Both the position numbers and the translations under genes were made by a program. The notes beneath the pieces were generated by a model that had not been told where the DNA came from, did not search any database, and saw nothing but the letters and a program-made list of their open reading frames with translations. Shown here in pieces: positions 22,871 through 31,488 of a stretch of DNA of 63,668 nt. Location: positions 1 to 63,668 of the forward strand of contig JBASJP010000151.1 of NCBI GenBank assembly GCA_049655345.1, written 5' to 3'. The stretch is from Moraxellaceae bacterium (GTDB lineage: Bacteria > Pseudomonadota > Gammaproteobacteria > Pseudomonadales > Moraxellaceae). Positions within the stretch are counted from its first letter, which is position 1, and each line of letters begins with the position of its first letter.

Positions 22871-23509
22871 TCAGGCATTACGCATGTCGCGCTCAATATC
22901 AGAAAGACTAGCCAGGAATGCCTCACGTGCAAACAGGCGATCCATGTACTTGAGCATGAACTTGCACTGCTTTTCCGGCAGTTCGATTTCCATCAGCGGC
23001 AGACGCCAGAAAATAGGCGCCGCGATGCAGTCAACAAGTGTGAACTCGTCGCTCATGAAAAACGGTTTTTCCGAAAAAATCGGAGCAATGGTGATCAGGC
23101 TGTCACGGAGCTCCTTGCGAGCCTTGGCCGTTGCTGCCGTATCCTTGCCCTTGTTACCCAGAAGCAGGTCCACATGCGGGCACCAGTCGCGCTCGATGCG
23201 GTAGGCAAGCAGACGATTCTGGGCACGCGCAACCGGATACACCGGCAGCAATGGCGGGTGCGGGAAGCGCTCGTCCAGATACTCCATCATGATCTTGGTT
23301 TCGTAGAGCGAAAGCTCACGATCCACCAGGGTAGGAAGGCTGTTGTAGGGGTTAAGATCGGCAAGATCTTCCGGCTTGTTGGAAGACGTGACATTCACGA
23401 CATCCACAGACACGCCTTTCTCGGCGAGGACAATGCGCACACGATGGCTGTAATGATCGGATCCATCCGAATAAAAAGTCATCGAGGAACGGCGGGTAAC
23501 CACACCCAT
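22871..23509 (-). CDS. sspA: Stringent starvation protein A (GST-like)
   Basis: MTFYSDGSDHYSHRVRIVLAEKGVS aligns with E. coli SspA. GGAG RBS. Confidence 0.95.
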   Translation of the reverse strand: MGVVTRRSSMTFYSDGSDHYSHRVRIVLAEKGVSVDVVNVTSSNKPEDLADLNPYNSLPTLVDRELSLYETKIMMEYLDERFPHPPLLPVYPVARAQNRLLAYRIERDWCPHVDLLLGNKGKDTAATAKARKELRDSLITIAPIFSEKPFFMSDEFTLVDCIAAPIFWRLPLMEIELPEKQCKFMLKYMDRLFAREAFLASLSDIERDMRNA

Positions 23510-23649
23510 GCTTGTACTCCAGTCTAACGAGGAGCCTTTGCGATTTCGCCAGGCTCAAAACACAAAAAGGGCAGCGAAAACTCGCGCCCTCGGTACCTGC
23601 CAAGGCAGGTCCAGACGAAACGCCCGGGCATGCCCGGGCGCTCGATGTC

Positions 23650-24318
23650 TTACTTGATGTCCTTCCAGTATTCCTTGTTCAGGAACCAGACGGGGATCAG
23701 CAACACAAACAGGAAAAACAGTACCCAGACACCGATACGCTCACGCTCGACCTTTACCGGATCGGCCATGTACGCCATGAAGTTCACCAAGTCACCAACG
23801 GACTGCTTGAACTCTTCGGGCTTGAGATCCTGCTCAAGATCGGCAAGCACATGTGGCATGGCCACATCCTTGAAGACCTTGTTGTTCACACCATAAGGAC
23901 GGGCATCATCCGGATAGAACGACAGCAGATAGGAGTAAACCCAGTCAGGCGAACGCAGACGTGTTTCCACGCTCAGGTCTGGTGGTGGTGCGCCAAACCA
24001 CTTGGCCTGATCCTTCGGCGGGGTTTTCGGATCAATCGTTTCACCCACCTTGTCGGTGGTGAACATCATGTACTCGGCAACCAGCTTCGGATCAATCTTC
24101 AAATCGTTGGCCATGCGGTCGTAACGGATGTACTTGGCACTGTGGCAACCGGCACAGTAGCTCAGGAACAGCTTGGCACCGTTCTGCAGGGATACCTTGT
24201 CCTGTGCATTCACAGGCGCATGCAGGCAATGCTTGAGCTCTCCGCACTCACCACCGGCTGCGGCCTGTGCCACCAGCGGAGACAGGGCGAGAAGGACGAA
24301 AGCAATCAGCTTTTTCAT
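23650..24318 (-). CDS. petC: Cytochrome c1 of the bc1 complex
   Basis: Signal peptide, CAGCHS haem-binding motif, C-terminal TM anchor; downstream of cytochrome b. Confidence 0.9.
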   Translation of the reverse strand: MKKLIAFVLLALSPLVAQAAAGGECGELKHCLHAPVNAQDKVSLQNGAKLFLSYCAGCHSAKYIRYDRMANDLKIDPKLVAEYMMFTTDKVGETIDPKTPPKDQAKWFGAPPPDLSVETRLRSPDWVYSYLLSFYPDDARPYGVNNKVFKDVAMPHVLADLEQDLKPEEFKQSVGDLVNFMAYMADPVKVERERIGVWVLFFLFVLLIPVWFLNKEYWKDIK

Positions 24319-25583
24319 CAGTGGCTCCCCCCGGTCAGACGCTCAGGCACCGGTTTGCATTTTTCGATCGATGTATAGACAGGCATAAGCAGGAAGTACA
24401 GGAAGTACAGGGCAGTCAGTACCTGTGCCAGCGGTGTATTCGGAATACCGAACGTTGTGCCGCTTGAAGGCACCACACCCAGATAACCAAGAATCACGAA
24501 GCTGACAACAAAAATACCCAGCCACACCTTGCTCATCCAGCCCTTGTAGCGAATGGACTTCACCGGGCTGCGATCCAGCCATGGCAGCACGAACATGATG
24601 GCAATGGCACCACCCATCACGACCACGCCAGGGAAAGCCGAACCGGCGATCGATGGCATGGCACGCAGCATGGCGTAGAAGGGCGTGTAGTACCACACCG
24701 GGGCAATGTGTGCCGGTGTCTTCAGCGGGTTGGCCGCTTCGAAGTTCGGACGCTCAAGGAAATAGCCGCCGCCATCCGGGAAGAAGAAGATCACGGTGCA
24801 GAACACCATCAGGAAGACCACGATGCCGACCAGGTCATGCACGGTGTAATAAGGGTGGAACGGGATGCCGTCCAGCGGCTTGCCATCCGGGCCCTTGTTC
24901 TTCTTGATCTCGATACCATCAGGATTATTGGAGCCTACGTGATGCAGTGCCACCAGGTGCATGAACACCAGGGCGACCAACACCAGCGGAATGGCAACCA
25001 CATGCAGGGCAAAGAAGCGGTTCAGTGTGGCGCCTGAAATCAGGTAGTCACCACGCACCCACTCAACCAGCGCACCGCCAACAAACGGCACGGCACCGGC
25101 GAGGTTCACAATCACCTGTGCGCCCCAGTAGGACATGTTGCCCCATGGCAGCACATACCCGAAGAAGCCTTCAGCCATCAGGCAGAGGTAAATCAGCATG
25201 CCGAAAATCCACAGCAGCTCACGCGGCTTGCGGTAGGAGCCGTAGAGCAGGCCACGGAACATGTGCAGGTAGACCACCACGAAGAATGCCGACGCACCGG
25301 TGGAGTGCATGTAACGCAGCAGCCAGCCGTACTCGACGTCATACATGATGTAGCCGGCAACCGCGTCATACGCGGTATTGGCATCCGGCGTATAGAACAT
25401 GGTCAGCCAGATACCGGTGGCCAGCTGGTTGACCAGCACCAGCATGGACAGCACGCCGAAGAAGTACCAGAAGTTGAAGTTCTTCGGGGCGTAGTACTTC
25501 GACATGTGATATTCGTAGGTTTCTGTCGCGGGAAAGCGCGCATCCACCCAGCCCATCACACTTTTGAAAAGATTGCTCATCAT
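24318..25583 (-). CDS. petB: Cytochrome b of the bc1 complex
   Basis: 421-aa polytopic protein. The Qo motif is PVWY (APVWYYTPFYAMLR), the beta/gammaproteobacterial variant of PEWY. Confidence 0.97.
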   Translation of the reverse strand: MMSNLFKSVMGWVDARFPATETYEYHMSKYYAPKNFNFWYFFGVLSMLVLVNQLATGIWLTMFYTPDANTAYDAVAGYIMYDVEYGWLLRYMHSTGASAFFVVVYLHMFRGLLYGSYRKPRELLWIFGMLIYLCLMAEGFFGYVLPWGNMSYWGAQVIVNLAGAVPFVGGALVEWVRGDYLISGATLNRFFALHVVAIPLVLVALVFMHLVALHHVGSNNPDGIEIKKNKGPDGKPLDGIPFHPYYTVHDLVGIVVFLMVFCTVIFFFPDGGGYFLERPNFEAANPLKTPAHIAPVWYYTPFYAMLRAMPSIAGSAFPGVVVMGGAIAIMFVLPWLDRSPVKSIRYKGWMSKVWLGIFVVSFVILGYLGVVPSSGTTFGIPNTPLAQVLTALYFLYFLLMPVYTSIEKCKPVPERLTGGSH

Positions 25584-26182
25584 GCGGCTCCCTTGTCGAC
25601 ACCGATAGTCACGACCGTGGCGGCATCATAGGAATGCGGCGGCACTTCGAGATTCTTGGGTGCAGGCACGCCCTTGTAGACACGACCGGCCAGATCGAAC
25701 TTGGAACCATGGCACGGGCAGAAAAAACCACCCTGCCAGTTGGTCACGTGCGCGCCCTGAATCATGCCAACTTCAGGCTCATACAGTGGCGAGCAACCCA
25801 GATGGGTACAGATACCCGTGAGAATGGCAAACTCAGGATTGATTGAGCGGTGCGCATTACGGGCATAGTCTGGCTGCTGATTGACATCGTCAGAGGCCGG
25901 ATCGAGCAGATCACCCTCAACGTTCTTCAGGCCTTCAAGCATGGCTGGCGTGCGACGCACGACCCATACCGGCTTGCCACGCCACTCAATCACCACCTTC
26001 TGGCCCGGCTCAAGCTGACCAATGTCAGCTGTCACTGGTGCGCCTGCAGCCTTGGCCTTGGCACTCGGGCTCCAGGATTTAACAAACGGAACAGCCACTC
26101 CGGCAACGCCCACCGCTCCCACCGCACTGGTGAGGCCAATCAGCAATCGCCGACGACCGACATTCACGCCGTCTGTACTCAT
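25580..26182 (-). CDS. petA: Rieske [2Fe-2S] subunit of the bc1 complex
   Basis: ATG 26182 with a GGAG RBS; the ORF-track TTG at 26197 overlaps that RBS. Tat signal GRRRLLIG and cluster boxes CTHLGC and CPCHGS. Confidence 0.95.
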   Translation of the reverse strand: MSTDGVNVGRRRLLIGLTSAVGAVGVAGVAVPFVKSWSPSAKAKAAGAPVTADIGQLEPGQKVVIEWRGKPVWVVRRTPAMLEGLKNVEGDLLDPASDDVNQQPDYARNAHRSINPEFAILTGICTHLGCSPLYEPEVGMIQGAHVTNWQGGFFCPCHGSKFDLAGRVYKGVPAPKNLEVPPHSYDAATVVTIGVDKGAA

Positions 26183-26212
26183 CAAAGTACGCTCCAAATG
26201 AAGTACGCGGAC

Positions 26213-26242
26213 GTTCGATCACCTGTATTTACGTGATCGAAC
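26213..26242 (-). promoter_or_regulatory. Perfect 10-bp inverted repeat (10-nt spacer) in the petA 5' region
   Basis: GTTCGATCAC-N10-GTGATCGAAC lies 31-60 nt upstream of the petA ATG. It sits downstream of a candidate promoter: minus strand TTGTAA (26292-26287), 18-nt spacer, TATCAT (26268-26263). Confidence 0.4.
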
Positions 26243-26360
26243 CTCGAAAAAATAACCTGCGGATGATACTGGAAAGTCCTCAGAACTTACAAGGAGAGAA
26301 CCAATCACTTACAGGGAAAATACATGCAAAACCAGGCCACAACTCGCATGAATTTTTCCC

Positions 26361-26397
26361 AAAAAAAATGCCTCCGGGAAACCCGGAGGCATTTTTT
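26361..26397. terminator. Intrinsic terminator downstream of tRNA-Gln
   Basis: AAAAAAAATGCCTCCGGG-AAA-CCCGGAGGCATTTTTT: an 11-bp stem with A/T runs on both sides. Confidence 0.75.
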
Positions 26398-26403
26398 CGC
26401 CAT

Positions 26404-26477
26404 TGGCTGGGGAACAAGGATTCGAACCTTGACAGACGGTGTCAGAGACCGTAGTCCTACCGTTAGACGATTCCCCA
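26404..26477 (-). tRNA. tRNA-Gln (anticodon CUG)
   Basis: The minus strand folds by hand into a cloverleaf: acceptor TGGGGAA/TTCCCCA, D arm GTCT-AACGGTA-GGAC, anticodon arm ACGGT-CTCTGAC-ACCGT, T arm CAAGG-TTCGAAT-CCTTG, discriminator G and encoded CCA. The U1-A72 pair is typical of bacterial tRNA-Gln. Confidence 0.9.
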
Positions 26478-26537
26478 ACATTCGGACCATCTGCCGGATA
26501 CCAGAGAGTAGCCGGCAGACTGATACCTGAAAAGGTA

Positions 26538-26930
26538 TTAACGCTTGGAGTACTGCGGACGCTTACGTGCCTTGCGCAGACCAACCTTCTTACGCTCAAC
26601 TTCACGTGCATCGCGGGTCACAAAACCAGCCTTGCGCAGCGGGGACTTGAGGTCTTCGCTGAATTCGATCAGGGCACGGGTAATACCGTGACGGATCGCG
26701 CCGGCCTGGCCGCCGATACCGCCGCCAGCGACAGTGATCTTGAGGTCAAACTTCTCCAGCATTTCGACCAGCTCAAGCGGCTGACGCACAATCATGCGTG
26801 CCGTTTCGCGACCGAAATATGTTTCCAGCGTGCGATCGTTAACCGTGATCTTGCCGGTGCCAGCGCTCATAAACACGCGGGCGGTTGCCGTCTTGCGACG
26901 ACCAGTACCGTAGTTGGCTTGTGCAGTCAT
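26538..26930 (-). CDS. rpsI: 30S ribosomal protein S9
   Basis: 130 aa, with [19 protein letters not shown] and C-terminal [12 protein letters not shown]. Confidence 0.98.
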   Translation of the reverse strand: MTAQANYGTGRRKTATARVFMSAGTGKITVNDRTLETYFGRETARMIVRQPLELVEMLEKFDLKITVAGGGIGGQAGAIRHGITRALIEFSEDLKSPLRKAGFVTRDAREVERKKVGLRKARKRPQYSKR

Positions 26931-26940
26931 GGCTTCCGAC

Positions 26941-27369
26941 TCAAATCTTCAGTTCTTGAGGCTGCTGGGCAGCATGGGGATGCTCGGCACCAGCATATAC
27001 CTTGAGCTTGGCGAGCATGGCACGACCCAGGGGACCCTTGGGCAGCATGCCTTTCACGGCAATCTCGATCGGTTTTTCTGGCTTGGCCACGATCAGCTTT
27101 GCAAAGCTGATGCTTTTCAGGCCACCCGGATAACCGGTGTGGTGGTAATACTGCTTGGCCTGAGCCTTGTTGCCGGTAACAGCAATCTTGTCGGCATTCA
27201 CGACAACGATGTAATCACCGGTATCAACGTGCGGGGTGTATTCCGGCTTGTGCTTGCCGCGCAGACGACGAGCAAGCTCTGTCGCCAGACGACCCAGGGT
27301 CTTGCCATTGGCATCGACCACAAACCAGTCACGCTTCACCGTTTCCGGCTTGGCACTGAAAGTCTTCAT
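26941..27369 (-). CDS. rplM: 50S ribosomal protein L13
   Basis: ATG 27369, [20 protein letters not shown], 142 aa. Confidence 0.98.
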   Translation of the reverse strand: MKTFSAKPETVKRDWFVVDANGKTLGRLATELARRLRGKHKPEYTPHVDTGDYIVVVNADKIAVTGNKAQAKQYYHHTGYPGGLKSISFAKLIVAKPEKPIEIAVKGMLPKGPLGRAMLAKLKVYAGAEHPHAAQQPQELKI

Positions 27370-27443
27370 TGCATTAACGCCTGTAACATAAGGGCTGCTG
27401 GCGAAATCCCCTGAAAACAAGGGCCCCGCCAAAGAGGACGCGA

Positions 27444-27472
27444 ATCTTACCCAAGTGCGCCCGCTTTGACAA
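27444..27472 (-). promoter_or_regulatory. Candidate sigma70 promoter of rplM-rpsI
   Basis: Minus strand TTGTCA, 17-nt spacer, TAAGAT, immediately after the upstream terminator. Confidence 0.5.
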
Positions 27473-27485
27473 CTGCCCTTTCGGG

Positions 27486-27514
27486 AAAAAACCGGGAGCG
27501 GAGGCCACTCCCGG
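27486..27514 (-). terminator. Intrinsic terminator of the acyl-CoA dehydrogenase gene
   Basis: Minus strand CCGGGAG-TGGCCTCCG-CTCCCGG followed by TTTTTT. Confidence 0.7.
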
Positions 27515-27561
27515 ACAAGTTGCTGCCAGACGCCCCGGAAACAGGCACCTGACAGACACCA

Positions 27562-28704
27562 TCAGGCCAGTACAGCCCGGGAAATGATGGTCTTCATGAT
27601 CTCGTTGGTGCCCCCGTAGATGCGCTGGACACGGGCATCCGCCCACATGCGGGCAATCGGGTACTCCCACATGTAGCCATAGCCGCCATGCAACTGCACG
27701 CACTCGTCAATCACTTCACACTGCAGGTCGGTAATCATGTACTTGGCGGCCGCAGCCGTAGGCACATCCAGCTTCTTGTCCAGATGCAGCTCGAGGCAAC
27801 GATCCACGAAGACCCGGCCCTGCATCACCCTTGAATGCAGCTCCGCCAGCTTGAACTGGGTGTTCTGGAAGTCGGCAATATGCTTGCCGAAGGCCTTGCG
27901 CTCCTTCACATAGTCAATGGTGAGCTTGAGCGCACCCTCGGCCATGGCAATACCGTTCACGGCAATACCAAGGCGTTCCTGCGGCAGCTCCTGCATCAGG
28001 TAGATGAAGCCCATGCCTTCCTGACCGATGCAGTTGCCCACCGGCACCCGCACGTCCTGAAAGAACAGCTCTGAAGTATCCTGCGCCTTCATGCCGACCT
28101 TGTGCAGGTTGCGTCCCTTGGTGAAGCCGGGTGTTCCTGCCTCGACAATGATGAGGGAGGTACCCTTTGCACCGGCACTCGGGTCTGTCTTGGCCACAAC
28201 AATCACGATTTCGGCATGCTGGCCGTTGGTGATGAATGTCTTGGAGCCATTGATGACATAGTGATCACCATCACGTACAGCGGTAGTACGCACACCCTGC
28301 AAGTCCGATCCGGCACCTGGCTCGGTCATGGCGATGGCACCCACCATTTCACCCGTGATCATTTTTGGCAGGTACTTCTGCTTCATTGCCTCACTGCCGT
28401 AGTGCTCAATGTACGGCGCCACAATATCCGTATGCAGCCCAAAGCCGATGCCGGTCAGTCCAAGACGGGAAATCTCTTCCATCACGATAGCCGAGTACAG
28501 GTAGTCTGCACCAACGCCACCAAACTCTTCCGGCAAACAAGGGCACAGCAGGCCCTGCTCCCCTGCCTTGTTCCAGAGCGCACGATCTATCTGGCCGTTC
28601 TCTTCCCACTGCGCGTGAAACGGCACCGCCTCTTTTTCAAGAAACTTCACCACCATGTCACGGAAAGCCTCGTGGTCTGAATTGAAAATACTGCGCGGGA
28701 TCAT
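27562..28704 (-). CDS. Acyl-CoA dehydrogenase
   Basis: 380 aa with the ACAD layout. AMTEPGAGSDLQG motif and the C-terminal IYGGTNEIM motif with a catalytic-base region. Substrate not assignable. Confidence 0.9.
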   Translation of the reverse strand: MIPRSIFNSDHEAFRDMVVKFLEKEAVPFHAQWEENGQIDRALWNKAGEQGLLCPCLPEEFGGVGADYLYSAIVMEEISRLGLTGIGFGLHTDIVAPYIEHYGSEAMKQKYLPKMITGEMVGAIAMTEPGAGSDLQGVRTTAVRDGDHYVINGSKTFITNGQHAEIVIVVAKTDPSAGAKGTSLIIVEAGTPGFTKGRNLHKVGMKAQDTSELFFQDVRVPVGNCIGQEGMGFIYLMQELPQERLGIAVNGIAMAEGALKLTIDYVKERKAFGKHIADFQNTQFKLAELHSRVMQGRVFVDRCLELHLDKKLDVPTAAAAKYMITDLQCEVIDECVQLHGGYGYMWEYPIARMWADARVQRIYGGTNEIMKTIISRAVLA

Positions 28705-28766
28705 GTCGTACTCTCCAGTTGTTTACCGTTTTCTCAGTTGATATCGCCGCTGCATGGCATACCCGG

Positions 28767-29858
28767 TCAGGGACGATGCTCACGCTCCAGATATTCATGC
28801 GACTGCATTTCCAGCAATCGCGATTGTGTGCGCTGAAATTCGAACGCCAGCTTTTTTCCCTGATACAGCTCGTGAATCGGTGCATCTGCGGAAATAATCA
28901 GCTTCACGCAGCGATCATAGAACTCATCAACCAGATTGATGAAGCGGCGAGCTGCATCATCCAGCTTTTCCGTCATCACGGGCACACGGGCCAGCAAGAC
29001 CGTATGATATTCCCGCGCCAGCTCGATACAGTCGGAAGCCGAGCGCGGAGCAATGCACATCTCGGCAAACGAGACCCACAACACATCATCAGTACAGGCA
29101 ATCACGTTGATATGCCGGTCATTAATGACGATCGGATGACTCTCCACATGCAGCCCCGTCGTCAGCTCGCCAAAGCTTTTCTGCAGGCTGGTTTCCGCCG
29201 CTGCATCCAGCGGGCAATGGTAAAGCTCCGCTTTCTCCAGCACGCGCAAGCGATAATCCACGCCGGAGTCCACATTCAGCACATCGCAATGCTGTTTGAG
29301 CATGGCAATCGCCGGCAGGAAGCGTTCGCGCTGCAAGCCGTTTTCATACAGGCGGTCCGGCACGATATTGCTGGTCGCCACCAGTGTGACCCCGCGTGCA
29401 AACAGCTTTTCAAACAGGCCACCCAGCAACATGGCATCGGTTATATCCGTAACGAAAAACTCGTCAAAGCAGATCACCACCGCCTCACTGCGCAGCTTGT
29501 CCGCCACTATCTCCAGAGGATCCTGCGTCCCCCTCAGCGCGTTCAGCTCCTTGTGCACGCGCTGCATGAAGCGGTGAAAATGGATACGCATCTTGCGCTT
29601 GAAGGGCAGTGACTCAAAAAACAGGTCCATCAGGTAGGTCTTGCCACGCCCCACCCCGCCCCACATGTACAGCCCCTGTACGGGCTGCTTCGGCTGCTTC
29701 TGCAGCAACCGCCCCAGTCCCTTCGTTGCTTTCGCAGACTCGTATCGGGCCGTCAGCTCATCCTTGACGCGCTGAAGATGGCGGATGGCATTGGCCTGGG
29801 CCTCGTCATGACGAAAATCGGGACGGGCAAGGTCTTGCTGGTATCTAAGCTGAGGCAT
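28767..29858 (-). CDS. zapE: AFG1-family ATPase ZapE (YhcM)
   Basis: Walker A WGGVGRGKTYLMD and Walker B VICFDEF. Adjacent to rplM-rpsI as in E. coli. Confidence 0.9.
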   Translation of the reverse strand: MPQLRYQQDLARPDFRHDEAQANAIRHLQRVKDELTARYESAKATKGLGRLLQKQPKQPVQGLYMWGGVGRGKTYLMDLFFESLPFKRKMRIHFHRFMQRVHKELNALRGTQDPLEIVADKLRSEAVVICFDEFFVTDITDAMLLGGLFEKLFARGVTLVATSNIVPDRLYENGLQRERFLPAIAMLKQHCDVLNVDSGVDYRLRVLEKAELYHCPLDAAAETSLQKSFGELTTGLHVESHPIVINDRHINVIACTDDVLWVSFAEMCIAPRSASDCIELAREYHTVLLARVPVMTEKLDDAARRFINLVDEFYDRCVKLIISADAPIHELYQGKKLAFEFQRTQSRLLEMQSHEYLEREHRP

Positions 29859-29975
29859 GACAGGGTTCTATGGAAAAATTACAAGACTCACCAGTCAGGA
29901 GCGGCAGTTTACCCGCTTGCAGGGTGCGCGCAACTCTAAAATGACTGAACAGTATCCGGACGCCGCAAATTAAGG

Positions 29976-30611
29976 TCATGGCGCCAGACGAGCGGCCAAT
30001 TCTGCCTTGAGGTCGGTCAAACGGCCATGGAAGAAGTGGCTGGCGCCCTGAAAAACCTTCAGATCGCAGGGTGGCTGACGGGAAAGAGCCCAGACCTGCA
30101 TGGCCTCCGGGTCAACCACCTCGTCCCTGTCGCCGACAAGAACAAGGGTGTGTGGCGGCGGATGCAGGCGATCGAAACCGTCGTAATGCACGGGGGGAGC
30201 CACCAGAACCAGTCGCTCCAGGGCCAGATCGGCCGGCCAGCGCTCCGTGACGGCGGTCGCAACCCAGGCACCAAATGAAAAGCCCGCAAGACTGACACGG
30301 CGAATGCCATGCTGCCCTCGCAGCCAGACCAGCACTGCCAGCAGATCATCAATCTCGCCCCGGCCCTGATCGTGCAGGCCCTCACTCGCACCCGTTCCCC
30401 TGAAGTTGAAGCGCAGTACCGGCAGCCCGGCATCCCGGAATACCCGGGCCAGTGTCGTGACCACCTTGTTGTTCATGGTGCCCCCGTGCAGGGGATGAGG
30501 GTGGCAAATGACGGCCGCGTGGTCCGCCGCCACCTCGACCGGGGACCAGACGCCCTCCAGCAGACCAGCGGGACCAGGAATCATTACTGCATCATCTGAA
30601 CCTGGCTGCAT
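29976..30611 (-). CDS. Alpha/beta-fold hydrolase (COG2945-like)
   Basis: CHPHPLHGGTMNNKV, nucleophile elbow GFSFG, and C-terminal GASHFFHG. Confidence 0.8.
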   Translation of the reverse strand: MQPGSDDAVMIPGPAGLLEGVWSPVEVAADHAAVICHPHPLHGGTMNNKVVTTLARVFRDAGLPVLRFNFRGTGASEGLHDQGRGEIDDLLAVLVWLRGQHGIRRVSLAGFSFGAWVATAVTERWPADLALERLVLVAPPVHYDGFDRLHPPPHTLVLVGDRDEVVDPEAMQVWALSRQPPCDLKVFQGASHFFHGRLTDLKAELAARLAP

Positions 30612-30680
30612 GACGAAAAATCCTCAAGGCGTCTTGGCGGGGCGGAACAATGCTATAGACTAGCGGCAAGCGTTGAAATG

Positions 30681-30698
30681 CCCTGTCACGTGACAGGG
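30681..30698. promoter_or_regulatory. Perfect 18-bp palindrome with a CACGTG core upstream of yhcB
   Basis: CCCTGTCACGTGACAGGG ends 21 nt upstream of the yhcB ATG. It could be an operator or a 5'-UTR hairpin; the function is unknown. Confidence 0.35.
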
Positions 30699-30719
30699 TA
30701 ACAGCACAGGGAGAATCGC

Positions 30720-31169
30720 ATGGGCTGGCTGGTATATCTGATTGTGTTTGCACTGGGCGGACTGGGGGGCTGGCTGCTGGCCAAGTCGCGCAACCCTGAT
30801 ACGCGGGTTCGCGAACTGGAAGCGCACCTGACGGACCTCCAGGGCAAGTATGACCACTATCAGGACTCGGTCACACAGCACTTTGCCACCTCGGCACAAC
30901 TGACCAATGCGCTGACCACCAGCTTTCGTGAACTGCACCAGCACGTTCAGCAGGGCGCACAGTCGCTGTGCTCGGACAGCAAGCGCCATGGCAGCAGCAA
31001 TCCTGCCAACGCCTTCATCAGCCTGGATGCACCGCGCAATGGTCTGGGGCATGCCGCACTGCTCAATGATGACTCCTACCTGTCCAGCGTGGAGCCGCCA
31101 CGGGACTACGCCACAAAGAAGCCCAGCGACAAGGGTACCCTGGACGAAGATTTCGGCTTTCGTGACTGA
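30720..31169 (+). CDS. yhcB: Inner-membrane divisome-associated protein YhcB/ZapG (DUF1043)
   Basis: N-terminal TM MGWLVYLIVFALGGLGGWLL, then the coiled coil ELEAHLTDLQGKYDHYQDSVTQHF. Synteny with zapE and degS. Confidence 0.85.
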   Translation: MGWLVYLIVFALGGLGGWLLAKSRNPDTRVRELEAHLTDLQGKYDHYQDSVTQHFATSAQLTNALTTSFRELHQHVQQGAQSLCSDSKRHGSSNPANAFISLDAPRNGLGHAALLNDDSYLSSVEPPRDYATKKPSDKGTLDEDFGFRD

Positions 31170-31184
31170 GTGACTGCTTTCGTT

Positions 31185-31214
31185 AAAAAGCCCGCCAGAT
31201 TGCGGGCTTTTTTT
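31185..31214. terminator. Bidirectional intrinsic terminator (yhcB / small ORF)
   Basis: AAAAAGCCCGC-CAGATT-GCGGGCTTTTTTT. Confidence 0.8.
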
Positions 31215-31230
31215 GCCCGCACGACCTCCG

Positions 31231-31365
31231 TCAGGCACAGGGCCACTGGTAGTAACGCGCCTTTGCAGATGCATCCGGATTGCCGGCCTTGACGGGATCA
31301 GTCATCGCCTGGGCCTCTGCAATGCTGACAGCACGGGAAAAAATGGCAAGAAACAGGGTCTGCAT
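31231..31365 (-). CDS. Hypothetical 44-aa protein with a hydrophobic N-terminus
   Basis: ATG 31365 is preceded by GGGAGGAAAG (9 nt between the GGAGG core and the ATG). The product is MQTLFLAIFSRAVSIAEAQAMTDPVKAGNPDASAKARYYQWPCA, and the ORF ends 17 nt before the terminator at 31214. I recognise no family. Confidence 0.3.
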   Translation of the reverse strand: MQTLFLAIFSRAVSIAEAQAMTDPVKAGNPDASAKARYYQWPCA

Positions 31366-31488
31366 GATGATCTTTCCTCCCGGAGTTCTCCGGGTATGGC
31401 CATCATCATGCCGGCAGGCCGCCAAGCCTGACCAATTGAATTCATGAGCATTCACGATTGCGCGATGCTATCAATCTAAAACGCGTGG

